Below, one piece after another: positions 63,155 to 64,000 of a stretch of DNA of 64,000 nt. The translations under genes were made by a program, and so were the position numbers. Numbering within the stretch: position 1 is the first letter of the stretch; each line of letters opens with the position of its first letter. Under the pieces are notes generated by a model. That model saw only the letters and a program-made list of their open reading frames with translations, was not told the DNA's origin and ran no database searches. This stretch comes from Amphiscolops sp. MND2022 (Eukaryota): NCBI GenBank assembly GCA_964187785.1, contig OZ076409.1:682001-746000 (forward strand), read 5' to 3'.

Positions 63155-64000
63155 CACTACGCAACAAACTGATCATTCAAGTTAAATTTTCATTGACTGG
63201 GTTTGACTGAAAACATCAGTTTGATGAAGCAATTCCTAAACCAATTGACAATCGAGGTTGGCTAAGGCATTTTGAACACTCAAATTCCATTACGTGAAAA
63301 CGCTGATGATTAAAACTCATGTTAAACACTAGAAGTGATTGACTTTGTGTTTGACATTCAAAATGACAATAGATATAATAGTTCTCAATTTATTTAATTA
63401 TTAGTTTTGTTCCGTATGGACGATGGAAGGTGAATTTCAGATCTCCATCAAACTGCAGAACGACGTTGCTTCTGCCTCTGATGCAATTAATCCCTCGTAA
63501 GTGTTCCTTTGAGCTCTCATCTATGGTTCTCGTGATCATTGTGCGCTCTTGGGCAGGTAAATTCGGGCATGAGGTGTGCGGAAGCGGTGAGGTTTTCAGT
63601 GGACACGAGTGCCAATTTTTTCACCATTTTCGATTTTGTTTTACTCCGTTCCCCGTGTTTTACATCGAGTGAAGTTGCTTTCGTATACTACTAACCAAGG
63701 TTTTCGATTCCACGAGAATATAATCACTCGAGTTTGTTTCTCTTCACTTACTAAAGTGTTTGCTTGCCACAAACTGCGTTGGAAGATGAAGTTTAAGTTA
63801 CTGGAACAAAGACTGCCTTTATGGATTCGGACCCGTGGATTTCAGGAATCTACTTAACTTTTTCTTACATGACCTAGCTGGTTCAAGAAAATCGGGACAG
63901 GAATTGAGAAAAAGAAAAATTGAAAATCTTTCAGACAACTCATTCTCTCTGATCGCTTTGAGGCTTTCATTAAACGGGCTTTTACCTCTGCAAAACTCAT

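Overview
Eukaryotic (invertebrate-animal-like) genomic DNA: short GC-rich exons in AT-rich, transposon-packed introns; no prokaryotic features. Two convergent host genes can be assembled by hand: (1) the 3' part of a carbohydrate sulfotransferase (Sulfotransfer_2, CHST11-like; + strand, exons 8108-8347, 10893-11015, 12439-12659) and (2) a 5'-partial CCDC33 orthologue (C2 domain plus coiled coil; - strand, 18 phase-consistent exons from 62631 to the stop at 20392, two GC donors, plus extra candidate cassette or mutually exclusive exons). Mobile DNA includes two Ty3/Gypsy LTR elements (one full-length with a GGAAG TSD), two Tc1 elements, hAT derivatives with 8-bp TSDs, TA-flanked MITEs, Merlin-like MITEs and about a dozen Helentron-type non-autonomous (HINE-like) elements. 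Top observation: the last sulfotransferase intron appears to be an old TA-flanked TIR transposon inserted into coding sequence. It can be spliced out in frame, exactly via a non-canonical GA-AG pair or with +6 codons via GT-AG, so it is a candidate introner. All coordinates and alignments were read by eye; nothing was searched or computed.
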